A stretch of DNA of 64,000 nt, from positions 32,001 through 96,000 of the IMG/VR virus record IMGVR_UViG_3300031857_011362; one strand, given 5' to 3'. This stretch comes from a virus. The position numbers were made by a program, and so were the translations under genes. Below the pieces are notes generated by a model, which did no database searches, was not told where the DNA came from, and saw only the letters and a program-made list of their open reading frames with translations. Positions 1 through 9,954 of this stretch are shown here, piece after piece. The first letter of the stretch is position 1. The number at the start of each line of letters is the position of its first letter.

Positions 1-988
1 TACTGGTGGAGGACTCTCTCCTACTCAAGTCGGTGCATTATCTACCTGGGTAAAAATTGACGGCGGCAATACAAGAACTGCAGGATTCAAAAATGATGGT
101 ACTATGTGGACCTGGGGAACTTATGCCGATCAGGTTAGCGGATCATGGATTGATAGATCATCTCCCGTCCAAGTTGGTACAGAAACTAATTGGCGCGATA
201 TGGCAGCAGGGACGTTTCACACCCTAGGAGTAAAAGACACCGGTACATTATGGGGCTGGGGAGTGCAGCAGCAAGGAGAAATTGTCAATCCAGGGCAATT
301 CCCCTTACCTCAGCAGATAGGTACATTAACTAATTGGTCATCAGTTGGCGCCGCGTCATATTCATCGGCAGCTATCAAGACAGATGGTACACTGTGGACC
401 TGGGGACAGAATGATTTTGGACAATTGGGATTAGGAACCACAATAAATATTTCAAGTCCTCAGCAAGTTGGTGCATTAACTAATTGGTATCAGGTTAGTG
501 TGGGCAGTTCGAAATATATGATGGCTCTCAAGACAAATGGTACACTTTGGGCATGGGGTAACGGTGCTTGGGGCCAACTGGGCCTAGGTAGCGGAACCAA
601 CGTTACTAGCCCGGTACAAATTGGTGCATTAACTAATTGGTCAAGTATTTCCGCCGGCGGATACACCTCAGCAGCAATCAACACGTCCAACGCATTGTGG
701 GTCTGGGGAATTAACAACTATGGGGGGTTAGGACAAGGTGACACTATTAGCCGCTCTAGTCCTGTACAAGTTGGAACTGATTATTCTAAAGTTGCTGCAA
801 ACTTTTCTCGCATAGCAGCTATTAAAACGAACGGTACTCTATGGGCTTGGGGTATCGGAGACAATGGCGGCGGCGGCGTGGGAGATGGTACTTCTTTAAA
901 TAGATTTAGTCCAACTCAGATTGGTGCACTAACTACCTGGCTAAATGTATATTCACCAGAGAACACCAATGGGGCAATTAGGTCCTAA
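1..988 (+). CDS. RCC1/BLIP-II repeat beta-propeller protein (5' partial)
   Basis: About 50-aa repeats [22 protein letters not shown]..SSPxQVG. The frame is open from base 2 (TGGGLSPTQVGALSTW...), so the true start lies upstream of the window. Confidence 0.9.
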   Translation, partial: TGGGLSPTQVGALSTWVKIDGGNTRTAGFKNDGTMWTWGTYADQVSGSWIDRSSPVQVGTETNWRDMAAGTFHTLGVKDTGTLWGWGVQQQGEIVNPGQFPLPQQIGTLTNWSSVGAASYSSAAIKTDGTLWTWGQNDFGQLGLGTTINISSPQQVGALTNWYQVSVGSSKYMMALKTNGTLWAWGNGAWGQLGLGSGTNVTSPVQIGALTNWSSISAGGYTSAAINTSNALWVWGINNYGGLGQGDTISRSSPVQVGTDYSKVAANFSRIAAIKTNGTLWAWGIGDNGGGGVGDGTSLNRFSPTQIGALTTWLNVYSPENTNGAIRS

Positions 989-1041
989 CTGATAATCAGA
1001 CTACTACCATTCTAAAAGAATAAAAGATAAAAGGATAATAA

Positions 1042-3195
1042 ATGGCCATTACTAGACTCCCCGGTTTCATTATAGACAGTACAACTTCGTTTACGTTTGC
1101 AAATGTAAGTGTGACGAGTAATGTCACGGCTAGTAATGCTAATTTAGGAAACGCAGCAACCGCAAACTTCTTTATAGGTAACGGTAGTCTATTGACAGGT
1201 ATCATTGCATCTGGTGGTACAGCAACTAAAACAGCAAATGGTACAAGTAACGTAGATATTACAACTGCTAATGGCAACATTACAATGGGTGTTGGTGGAA
1301 CCGGTAATGTAGTTATTGTAACTACCACTGGTGTTAATGTTGCAGGTACATTAAATGCGACTGGTAATCTAACAGCCGCTAATGCTAACTTGGGTAATCT
1401 AGTAATAGCTAATTTCTTTGCCGGTAATGGTAGTTCATTAACATCTATCACTGGTGCTAACGTAACAGGCGGAGTTAGTTTTGCGGCAACTGCAAATGCA
1501 GTAGCTGGTGCTAATGTCTCAGGTGCAGTAGCATATGCAACAACTGCTAACGCAGTAGCCGGCGCTAATGTCTCTGGACAAGTAGCTAATGCATTGGTCG
1601 CTGGTACTGTATATACTGCGGCCCAGCCAAATATCACCAGTGTTGGTACATTAACTAGTTTGGCTGTAACAGGTAATATCACATCTGGTAATGCTAACTT
1701 AGGTAACTTAGTTACAGCTAATTTCTTTACTGGTAACGGTAGTTTATTAAGTTCATTAACTTTTGGTAATATCACAACTTTCAGTACTGCCGGAATAACT
1801 ACAGATGAATTATATCTACCTAGTACAACACGGCTAAATGTCACTGCTAGTGGATCAAGTGGATATCTATTTGACCAACACGGCGCTACAATAAATCCTG
1901 CAATATATGTTACTAGTGGTCAAACATTGGCATTTAACTTAAATGTATCTGGTCATCCATTTTTAATTCAAACAAGTGGTGGTGCAAACTATAATGTTGG
2001 TTTAGAACATGTTGATAGTACAGGAACAGTATTAACTACTAGTTCAGCACAAGGACAAGTAGCAGGAACATTATACTGGAAGATACCGTATGGCATAACA
2101 GGTAATTACAAATATATATGCTCTATTCATGGTGGGATGAATGGTAATATTGTTGTAACCGACGCAAATGTTGCGAACATAACTGTTGGATTGGCAACAT
2201 ATGCTACTACAGCTAATGCAGTAGCAGGAGCTAATGTCTCTGGTCAAGTAGGCAATGCATTAATCGCAGACACAGTTTATACTGCGGCTCAACCTAATAT
2301 TACAAGTGTCGGCACATTAACAAGTTTAGCCGTTACTGGTAATATCACATCTGGCAACGCTAATTTAGGTAATGCAGTCACTGCTAATTACTTTATTGGT
2401 GACGGTAGTATGTTGACTGGTATTACTGGTGGTGGCGGTGGTGGCGGCACCCCCGGCGGGGCAAACACTTATATTCAGTTCAATGACGGTAGTGTTTTTG
2501 CAGGTAATGCAGGTTTAACTTTTAATAAAACAAATACTGTTCTTACTGCAAATAATTTAGTAGTAACGGCGACCACTAACTTAGGAGCTGTTAGTAACAT
2601 TACAGTTACTGGCGGCGTGGGTGGTCAAGTACTTGGTACTAATGGTAGCAATATTCTGTCTTGGATTACTCCAGCAACAACTTCAATCACATCGACAACT
2701 GGTATTACGGTTGATACATTTACAGGTGATGGTTCAACTGTAGTGTTCCCTTTAAGTGTTACCCCAGCAACTATTACGCAAACTCAAGTTAACTATAACG
2801 GTGTGTTGCAATTGCGTTCTGCATATACACTGACTGGTTCGACTATTATATTCTCAACTGCGCCAATAAGTGGGTCATTAATTGAAATCACAACGACACA
2901 GGGAGTTAGTGCAACTTCGGGTTCATACGGAGTGCGTTCATACACTGGTACAGGTTCACTAACTACATTTACAGTAACAAATGGCTCAACTACTAGTAGT
3001 GTGCTTGTTACAGAAAACGGAGTATTACAAACCCCAACAACTGATTACACGGTATCAGGTACTGTACTAACCTTCACTACAGCACCGGCTAATGGGGTGT
3101 CAATACAAATTAGAGAGCTTGGTATTTTCGTAGTAAATACCACATCACCTACAACGACTGACATATTAAGTCCGTTCTTATTGATGGGAGCTTAA
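1042..3195 (+). CDS. Virion fibre/baseplate-associated structural protein with an internal cupredoxin-like domain
   Basis: Repeated ANANLGN..ANFFxGNG and AQPNITSVGTLTSL segments, C-terminal FTGDGSTxxFxL modules, HPF...YICSIHGGMNG motif; SD AAGGA upstream. Confidence 0.7.
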   Translation: MAITRLPGFIIDSTTSFTFANVSVTSNVTASNANLGNAATANFFIGNGSLLTGIIASGGTATKTANGTSNVDITTANGNITMGVGGTGNVVIVTTTGVNVAGTLNATGNLTAANANLGNLVIANFFAGNGSSLTSITGANVTGGVSFAATANAVAGANVSGAVAYATTANAVAGANVSGQVANALVAGTVYTAAQPNITSVGTLTSLAVTGNITSGNANLGNLVTANFFTGNGSLLSSLTFGNITTFSTAGITTDELYLPSTTRLNVTASGSSGYLFDQHGATINPAIYVTSGQTLAFNLNVSGHPFLIQTSGGANYNVGLEHVDSTGTVLTTSSAQGQVAGTLYWKIPYGITGNYKYICSIHGGMNGNIVVTDANVANITVGLATYATTANAVAGANVSGQVGNALIADTVYTAAQPNITSVGTLTSLAVTGNITSGNANLGNAVTANYFIGDGSMLTGITGGGGGGGTPGGANTYIQFNDGSVFAGNAGLTFNKTNTVLTANNLVVTATTNLGAVSNITVTGGVGGQVLGTNGSNILSWITPATTSITSTTGITVDTFTGDGSTVVFPLSVTPATITQTQVNYNGVLQLRSAYTLTGSTIIFSTAPISGSLIEITTTQGVSATSGSYGVRSYTGTGSLTTFTVTNGSTTSSVLVTENGVLQTPTTDYTVSGTVLTFTTAPANGVSIQIRELGIFVVNTTSPTTTDILSPFLLMGA

Positions 3196-3201
3196 TAAAT
3201 A
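3196..3201 (+). promoter_or_regulatory. T4-like late promoter box TAAATA, 4 nt before ATG
   Basis: TAAATAcagcATG with no SD; matches the core of the T4 gp55 late consensus TATAAATA. Confidence 0.65.
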
Positions 3202-3205
3202 CAGC

Positions 3206-3826
3206 ATGGCAATAACATACAAAGTCCTTGGACAAATCAACCCCTCAGCAGCCACAGCTACTACCTTGTACACAGTGCCAGCCACTGTGAGCGCAGTGGT
3301 CAGTACCATTGTGATGTGCAATCAAGCAGCCACTGCAACTACATTTAGTTTGTTAATTAGACCAGCTGGTGCCACGGCTGACACTAAGCATTACTTGAAC
3401 TTTAACACTGCTATCTCAGCTAATGATATGATTCCATTAACACTGGGATTGACATTAGCACCAACTGATGTGTTGACTGCTAGTTCAGCATCGGGTAGTG
3501 TCAGCTTCAGTGCATTTGGTGCAGAAAGCACATTGGCAATCGGACCAGCACCCATCATCACACACTTGTACATAACTAACAGCAATTATGTGACACAAGT
3601 AGAAACAGTATTGCCTCTTGGGGGTGGATACATTAAATTGATTGGCATAGGGTTTGAGTCTGGTTGCGTAATTTATATCAACGGTGTTGCAGTTACTACC
3701 ACTGTAGTAAGCAGCACTGAACTTCGTACAGAACTATCTGCAAGAACAGCGGGCACATACTCAGTAATGGCGTTTAACACAACCGGCTCTGGTGCTATCT
3801 ATGCTAATGGCATTGTTTATTCGTAA
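3206..3826 (+). CDS. Structural protein: ~105-aa adaptor domain plus IPT/TIG-like Ig domain
   Basis: N-terminus paralogous to the 5637 and 7651 ORFs; GGYIKLIGxGFxxG..V.ING..T.VSSTELR IPT pattern. Confidence 0.7.
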   Translation: MAITYKVLGQINPSAATATTLYTVPATVSAVVSTIVMCNQAATATTFSLLIRPAGATADTKHYLNFNTAISANDMIPLTLGLTLAPTDVLTASSASGSVSFSAFGAESTLAIGPAPIITHLYITNSNYVTQVETVLPLGGGYIKLIGIGFESGCVIYINGVAVTTTVVSSTELRTELSARTAGTYSVMAFNTTGSGAIYANGIVYS

Positions 3827-3908
3827 TGCCATATTAGCCATTGTTAATTAAAAAGAAGAACAAAAATGAACTTTAACCTCTATCTAGACGAATAAACAGG
3901 AACAAATT

Positions 3909-5573
3909 ATGACAACAAAACTAACAATAGCTAACTTAGATTCTTCGTTAGCATCAATTCTACCAATAGTAACTGCTGTGTCAGTGTGTGACGTTAATGG
4001 AACTGTTTTACCAGACTTGGTATTAAGACCCACTGGCGGCCACTTAAAACTAACTGGTTCTAATTTTGTCACTGGTTGCATACTGTATGTAAACGGTTTG
4101 CCTGCTACAGCTACAACTGTTATAAGTGCAACCGAAGTTCGTGTTCAGATGCCAGCACTGGCTGTGGGAACATATTCAATCATGCTGTTCAACACTGCTA
4201 CTGTTGCTGCAATTTGGGTGGCTGGTATAGTATACTCAGCCGCACCCGTTTGGACTACTAGTTCATACAGTAACTCTGGTAATGTGGTCAATGTTCAATT
4301 ATTGACAACGGGTGATGTACCATTAATCTATAGCTTACAAGCGGGAAGTACATTACCGACTGGTGTTACATTAAGTAGCTCTGGATTATTATCAGGTACT
4401 GCTACCGAAATATCAAGTACAACCACAGTTACATTCACTGTGGTAGTGACTGATCTACAGTCGCAATCTACTCCTCAATTGATCAGTCTATCGATGACGT
4501 TTTATATTGGTAAGTTGTGGATGTGGGGCCGTAACACCAACGGCCAGCTTGGTGACAATACAACTATTAATAAGTCTTCGCCTGTTCAAATTGGTGCACA
4601 AACCGAATGGAATTTAATTGACGGCGGCGGCCAGGGATTTACTGCATCTATTAAAACAGATGGTACGTTGTGGTCATGGGGTAACAATAGTTATGGGCCA
4701 TTAGGTTTAGGAAATACTACATCTTATTCTAGTCCAAAACAGATTGGTTCATTAACTACTTGGTCAAGTATGACTCTTGGCTGGTCGCATATTGCAGCAA
4801 TTAAAACGGATGGAACACTTTGGACATGGGGAAAAAATGGGTCTGGCCAACTCGGTTTGAGCAATTCTACATCTTATTCTAGTCCAAAACAGATTGGTAC
4901 CCTCGCAGATTGGGTAAGGGTATCCAGTAACTATAACCATACTGTTGCAATAAAAACGAACTACACTCTTTGGGCATGGGGTCTCAATACCTCGGGGCAA
5001 CTTGGCGACAATACTACTGCTAATAAATTAAGTCCGGTGCAAATTGGCACATTAACCGACTGGGCAAATGTCAGTGCAGGGTTCCAGTATACTATAGCAA
5101 TTAAAACAAATGGTACCCTTTGGGCTTGGGGTAGGAATGGCTATGGTCAATTGGGAGATAATACTATAATAAACCGATCTAGTCCAGTACAAGTCGGCGC
5201 ACTAACTACCTGGACAAGTTCCGATTCTACCCTCGCATCGGGGTTGTATCACAATGTAGCAATTAAAACAGACGGCACACTATGGGCCTGGGGCCGGAAT
5301 TATTTAGGAAGAATCGGGGACGGCACAACTATCAATAGGTCTAGTCCGGTGCAGTTAGGTGCAATCACCAATTGGTTAAAAGTTAGCGCCGGCAACTATC
5401 ACAGTATCGCAACTAGGACAACTGGGACATTATGGGCATGGGGAGATGGTTGGTATGGGCAAATCGGTGACAACGCCAATACTACCAAAACTGGCCCAAC
5501 GCAAGTTGGCACGCTTACTAATTGGTTAAATATTGGTGCCGGTTCCTATCACAGTATGGCAGTTTCTGCCTAA
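3909..5573 (+). CDS. IPT/TIG + putative Ig (He_PIG-like) + RCC1 repeat protein
   Basis: LKLTGSNF IPT motif, LPTGVTLSSSGLLSGT Ig motif, seven RCC1 repeats. Confidence 0.85.
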   Translation: MTTKLTIANLDSSLASILPIVTAVSVCDVNGTVLPDLVLRPTGGHLKLTGSNFVTGCILYVNGLPATATTVISATEVRVQMPALAVGTYSIMLFNTATVAAIWVAGIVYSAAPVWTTSSYSNSGNVVNVQLLTTGDVPLIYSLQAGSTLPTGVTLSSSGLLSGTATEISSTTTVTFTVVVTDLQSQSTPQLISLSMTFYIGKLWMWGRNTNGQLGDNTTINKSSPVQIGAQTEWNLIDGGGQGFTASIKTDGTLWSWGNNSYGPLGLGNTTSYSSPKQIGSLTTWSSMTLGWSHIAAIKTDGTLWTWGKNGSGQLGLSNSTSYSSPKQIGTLADWVRVSSNYNHTVAIKTNYTLWAWGLNTSGQLGDNTTANKLSPVQIGTLTDWANVSAGFQYTIAIKTNGTLWAWGRNGYGQLGDNTIINRSSPVQVGALTTWTSSDSTLASGLYHNVAIKTDGTLWAWGRNYLGRIGDGTTINRSSPVQLGAITNWLKVSAGNYHSIATRTTGTLWAWGDGWYGQIGDNANTTKTGPTQVGTLTNWLNIGAGSYHSMAVSA

Positions 5574-5639
5574 TTGCCAGGCCAGATCTGGAAACCTCGA
5601 CAACTGCACTACTAGTACAAAATTAATAAATACATCATG
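5571..5639 (+). repeat. 69-bp intergenic repeat, copy 1 (contains TAAATA)
   Basis: 63/69 identical to 7585-7653 by manual alignment. Confidence 0.9.
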
Positions 5640-7583
5640 GCAATATCATATCTAGTTCTTGGTCAAATAATTCCCCCTGCTAATGCGGCTACTAATCTAT
5701 ACACAGTTCCGCCTTATATCAGCACAGTGGTCAGTACAATTGCAGTGTGCAATCAAGCAAATACTCCCACTACATTTAGTTTGTCAATTAGGCCGGCTGG
5801 AGCTAATGTAGAAACCAAACACTATTTAAATTACAACACTGCAATAGCCGGGAATGATACTATTGCATTGACACTGGGTATCACACTGGCAACCACAGAT
5901 GTAATCACTGCTACTTCTGCCTCGGGCACGGTCAGTTTTGTTGCATTTGGTGCAGAGACTGGTACATTGCCTGTGATAGTTGCTCCTGTTATTAACACGA
6001 TTGCTATCACTGATAGTTCTTATAGTACGATAAGTGCTACTGCTGTTGCATTAAGTGGTGGATATATTAAAATATTGGGTTCGGGATTTACACCTAGCTC
6101 AGTTGCATATTTGGGTGGAGTTGTTGCCACAACCACTACTTATATTAGTCCTGCTGAAGTCAGAGTACAATTGCCTGCAAAAACAGCAGGTACTCATTCA
6201 TTGATGTTGTTTACCGATATAGGCCTAGGAGCTATCTACGCTAATGGTGTGGTATATTCACCGACTCCAATATGGACATTTAGTTCTTACACCAATCCTA
6301 ATTTTAATAATATAGTTAACGTGCAGTTACTTGCAACTGGCGACGTGCCTTTGGTATACAGCTTGCAAAGTGGAAGTTCATTGCCAACTGGCGTTACACT
6401 AAGTTCGACTGGATTGATATCAGGTACTGCCACTGAAATTACTAGTACGACTACATTTACATTTACAGTAGTCGTGAGCGACCTGCAACTACAAACAGCA
6501 CCGCAATTGATTAGCTTGAGTATGACAGTTTATACTGGTATTATGTGGTCATGGGGCGCCGGCGGAAATGGCACCCTGGGGTTAGGCAATACTACATCTT
6601 ATTCTAGTCCAAAACAGATTGGTTCATTAACTGCTTGGTCAAAAGTTTCTGCAGGCTCCGCCCATGGGCTGGCCATCAAATTTGATGGTACTATGTGGTC
6701 ATGGGGTAGCGGTGGATCCGGCAAACTGGGGTTAGGCAATACTACATCTTATTCTAGTCCAGTACAGATTGGTTCATTAACTACTTGGTCAAGTATTTCT
6801 GCAAGTGATAGCAGCATAGCCGTCAAAACAGATGGTACCATGTGGTCATGGGGTACCAATGTTTGGGGTACTTTAGGTTTAAGCAATACTACATCTTATT
6901 CTAGTCCAAAACAGATTGGTTCATTAACTACTTGGTCAAATGTTTCTGCAGGTCAACGTCACGCCTTGGCCGTTAAAACAGATGGTACCATGTGGACATG
7001 GGGTAGCAATAGTTATGGGCAATTAGGTTTAAGCAATACTACATATTATTCTAGTCCAAAACAGATTGGTTCATTAACTACTTGGTCAAAAGTTTCTGCA
7101 GGTTTTAGTCACACCTTGGTCGTTAAAACAGATGGTACCATGTGGTCTTGGGGGCAAAATAGCTATGGGCAATTAGGTTTAGGTAATACTACATCTTATT
7201 CTAGTCCAAAACAGATTGGTTCATTAACTGCTTGGTCAAAAGTTTCTGTAGGTAATTATGGCAGCATGGCCATTAAAACAGATGGTACCATGTGGTCTTG
7301 GGGTTACAACATTGGTCAACTAGGATTAGGAGATACTATACGTAGATCCAGTCCAGTACAAGTTGGTGCATTAACTACTTGGTTAAATGTATCTGCCGGT
7401 AAGTATTACAGTGCAGCCATTAAAACAGATGGTACATTATGGGCTTGGGGTCGCAATTACGTCGGGCAATTAGGATTAGGCAATACTGCAAATACATCTA
7501 GTCCAGTACAGATTGGTGCGTTAACTACTTGGGCAAGTATTTCTGCGGGTCTTGGTAATTTTAGTTACGCAACTAGCAACTAA
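5637..7583 (+). CDS. Adaptor domain + IPT + Ig + RCC1 repeat protein
   Basis: Fusion of the 3206-type N-terminus to a 3909-type body; ~150-bp near-identical tandem DNA repeats at about 6540-7560. Confidence 0.88.
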   Translation: MAISYLVLGQIIPPANAATNLYTVPPYISTVVSTIAVCNQANTPTTFSLSIRPAGANVETKHYLNYNTAIAGNDTIALTLGITLATTDVITATSASGTVSFVAFGAETGTLPVIVAPVINTIAITDSSYSTISATAVALSGGYIKILGSGFTPSSVAYLGGVVATTTTYISPAEVRVQLPAKTAGTHSLMLFTDIGLGAIYANGVVYSPTPIWTFSSYTNPNFNNIVNVQLLATGDVPLVYSLQSGSSLPTGVTLSSTGLISGTATEITSTTTFTFTVVVSDLQLQTAPQLISLSMTVYTGIMWSWGAGGNGTLGLGNTTSYSSPKQIGSLTAWSKVSAGSAHGLAIKFDGTMWSWGSGGSGKLGLGNTTSYSSPVQIGSLTTWSSISASDSSIAVKTDGTMWSWGTNVWGTLGLSNTTSYSSPKQIGSLTTWSNVSAGQRHALAVKTDGTMWTWGSNSYGQLGLSNTTYYSSPKQIGSLTTWSKVSAGFSHTLVVKTDGTMWSWGQNSYGQLGLGNTTSYSSPKQIGSLTAWSKVSVGNYGSMAIKTDGTMWSWGYNIGQLGLGDTIRRSSPVQVGALTTWLNVSAGKYYSAAIKTDGTLWAWGRNYVGQLGLGNTANTSSPVQIGALTTWASISAGLGNFSYATSN

Positions 7584-7584
7584 C

Positions 7585-7653
7585 TAATTGCCTGGCCAGG
7601 TCTGAAAACCTCGATAACTACACTACTAGTACAAAATTAATAAATACAGCATG
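7585..7653 (+). repeat. 69-bp intergenic repeat, copy 2 (contains TAAATA)
   Basis: Near-identical to 5571-5639. Confidence 0.9.
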
Positions 7654-7980
7654 GCAAACACATATAAAATCTTAGGACAAGTCAACACAGCAGTTGACAC
7701 ACTGACCACACTGTACACAGTGCCAGTCGCAACCAGTACCATTATCAGTACTTTAGCAGTGTGCAATCAAGCAAACACTGCATCTACATACAGTATAGCA
7801 ATCAGACCGGCTGGAGCGGCAATAGACTCTAGGCACTATATCAACTACAACACCACTGTGCCAGCCAATGACACAGTGACACTAGCTATTGGCATAACAC
7901 TAGGTGCAACTGATGTAATCACAGTGAGTTCAAATTCCGTATTGGTCAGTTTTCTAGCATTCGGAAGTGAGATTTCGTAA
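7651..7980 (+). CDS. Stand-alone ~109-aa adaptor-domain structural protein
   Basis: MANTYKILGQ..TLYTVP..STLAVCNQ..RPAGA..HYINY..SFLAFGSE, paralogous to the N-termini of 3206 and 5637. Confidence 0.75.
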   Translation: MANTYKILGQVNTAVDTLTTLYTVPVATSTIISTLAVCNQANTASTYSIAIRPAGAAIDSRHYINYNTTVPANDTVTLAIGITLGATDVITVSSNSVLVSFLAFGSEIS

Positions 7981-9941
7981 TGGGAGTCAGGCTCAGTAGC
8001 AAGCAGTCAACCGCGAGTGCTAGTGCAGTATCTAGCACGGTGATTACCACTACTACCAGTGTTTCTGCACCTGTCATAAGTCAAATCTATTACACTGACA
8101 GTTCGTACAACAATACTGCATCTACACTAATTTTATCAACTGGTGGATATATTAAAATAATTGGCACAGGCTTTGAAGCTGGATCCGTTGTGTATGTAGG
8201 TGGACAAACTTCAAATGTTATAGAAAAAACTTTTGTTAGTAGCACAGAAATTCGTATTCAAGTTGGTGCATTAATTTCTGCTACATATTCACTCATGGTG
8301 TTTAATACTAACAATACCGGCGCAATATATGCAAACGGTGTTGTGTCATCTTCTGTACCAAATTGGACAATTCCAGCTGGCAGTATAGCGACTGTTTATG
8401 AAACAATAGCTGTCAACAATTTGGTTACTGCTCCTAGTGATAGCGCAGTAACTTATTCTATAACCGGTGGCGCACTCCCGCCTGGTGTACTGTTAAATTC
8501 AGTTACCGGCAGTTTGAGTGGAACTGCTCCAACAGTAGCAAATCAAACTATATATAATTTCACAGTTACTGCTATTGATGCCGAATTACAGACAACAAGC
8601 AGAGAATACAGTTACACAATTAACCCAGACGTAGTTACTTGGAACTCCCCCGCAGCAGGTGCAACATTAACCGCTCAAATAGGAACTGCATATACCCAAG
8701 CATTGAGCGCAACTAGTGCCGCAGGAAAGACGATTTCTTATTCCGCAAATGCATTGCCCGCTGGGTTAAGTATCAGTGGTTCAAGTATTACCGGAACGCC
8801 AAGTGCGACGTCTTCTATTTCATCATTAATAACTGCAACGGCTGCAACCACAAATAGAACTGCAACTAGGACATTTAATTGGAATATTCCTCTTTTACCT
8901 ACTTATACCATAACACCGGCAGCATCAAGTGTTAATGAGGGTTCAGCATTAACATTTAATGTTGGTGGAACAAATATTACCAATGGAACATATTACTGGT
9001 CAATTAATAATTCTACTACTGCAGCCGGTGATTTTTCAGCCAGTACTGGTTCATTTACAATAACCTCTAATGCCGGTTCATTTACAGTAACTGCGGTTGC
9101 CGATGTAACAACAGAAGGTGCTCAAACATTTACGGTGTCATTGAGAACTGGTAGTACCAGTGGTACCATAGTTGCCACAAGTAGTACTGTGACAATTAAT
9201 GATACAAGCAGAGCGTCAGGTCAAGAATCCTTCACAACCGCTGGCACTTACACTTGGGTTGCGCCAGTCGGAATCACTAGTGTATGTGTAGTTGCTGTTG
9301 GAGGCGGTGGCGCAAGTGGCGGATGGAACGGCGGCTCCGGCGGCGGCCTTGGATGGAAAAATAACATAGCAGTAACACCAGGAGCAAGTTATACAGTCAG
9401 AGTCGGTGCAGGCGGTACGAAAGTTAACGGGGCGGTCGCTGGCAGTGCCGGCGGTGACAGTTATTTCATCAATACGACCACTGTCAAAGGTGGTGGCGGC
9501 GCAGGTGGAGCACAGGGCTTTGATGCACCGGCTGCAGCAGGTGGAACATACACTGGCGACGGCGGTGGTAACGGCGGCGCGAGTGGAATATACAACCTAT
9601 CCCCAAGCCAATATGGTGGCGGGGGTGGTGCAGGGGGCTACGCAGGCGCCGGTGGCCGGGGCAACAACGCCACGAATCCGCCAACGGCCGGCAGTGGTGG
9701 CGGTGGCGGTGGCGGTAATAGCGCACCCGGCGGTGGCGTAGGACTGAATGGACAAGGTACCAATGGCGCCGCTGGCACTGGCGGCGTCGGTGGTGGTGGC
9801 TCGGGCGGCACTACTGCCGGTTATGGTGCTGGCTCAAGTCATGCCGGCGGCACACTGCCAGTCACTGCTTCCAGTGGTGCAGTTCGTATTATCTGGGGAC
9901 CGGGTCGAGCATTCCCATCTACACTCACTACAGATCAATAA
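7980..9941 (+). CDS. Virion protein: IPT + Ig + Calx-beta-like + glycine-rich C-terminal domain
   Basis: ITPAASSVNEG..TEGAQTFTVSLRTGS Calx-beta pattern; FTTAGTYTWVAP..GGGG..VRIIWG Gly-rich domain typical of phage fibre tips. Confidence 0.75.
   Translation: MGVRLSSKQSTASASAVSSTVITTTTSVSAPVISQIYYTDSSYNNTASTLILSTGGYIKIIGTGFEAGSVVYVGGQTSNVIEKTFVSSTEIRIQVGALISATYSLMVFNTNNTGAIYANGVVSSSVPNWTIPAGSIATVYETIAVNNLVTAPSDSAVTYSITGGALPPGVLLNSVTGSLSGTAPTVANQTIYNFTVTAIDAELQTTSREYSYTINPDVVTWNSPAAGATLTAQIGTAYTQALSATSAAGKTISYSANALPAGLSISGSSITGTPSATSSISSLITATAATTNRTATRTFNWNIPLLPTYTITPAASSVNEGSALTFNVGGTNITNGTYYWSINNSTTAAGDFSASTGSFTITSNAGSFTVTAVADVTTEGAQTFTVSLRTGSTSGTIVATSSTVTINDTSRASGQESFTTAGTYTWVAPVGITSVCVVAVGGGGASGGWNGGSGGGLGWKNNIAVTPGASYTVRVGAGGTKVNGAVAGSAGGDSYFINTTTVKGGGGAGGAQGFDAPAAAGGTYTGDGGGNGGASGIYNLSPSQYGGGGGAGGYAGAGGRGNNATNPPTAGSGGGGGGGNSAPGGGVGLNGQGTNGAAGTGGVGGGGSGGTTAGYGAGSSHAGGTLPVTASSGAVRIIWGPGRAFPSTLTTDQ
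8901..9205 (+). repeat. Duplicated Calx-beta-like coding module, copy 1 (copy 2 at 10906-11216)
   Basis: About 305 bp of high DNA identity to 10906-11216; copy 2 has a 6-nt insertion. Confidence 0.85.
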
Positions 9942-9954
9942 AAAGGAAAACAAA

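Noticed and set aside
996-1844. 282-aa minus-strand ORF and similar shadows (490-717, 13666-14013, 14911-15375, 16417-16800, 17998-18243, 20255-20629, 34898-35287)
   Set aside because: Antisense to well-supported genes; ACT/GGT/AAT-rich sense codons rarely create antisense stops; no motifs or RBS.
6540-7560. Regular repeats with variable inserts resembling a CRISPR array
   Set aside because: In-frame ~150-bp coding RCC1 units; no spacers of CRISPR size and no cas genes.
9406-9741. Overlapping ORFs and the local GC rise suggesting foreign DNA or collagen
   Set aside because: Explained by GGC/GGT codons of the Gly-rich tip; no strict Gly-X-Y periodicity.
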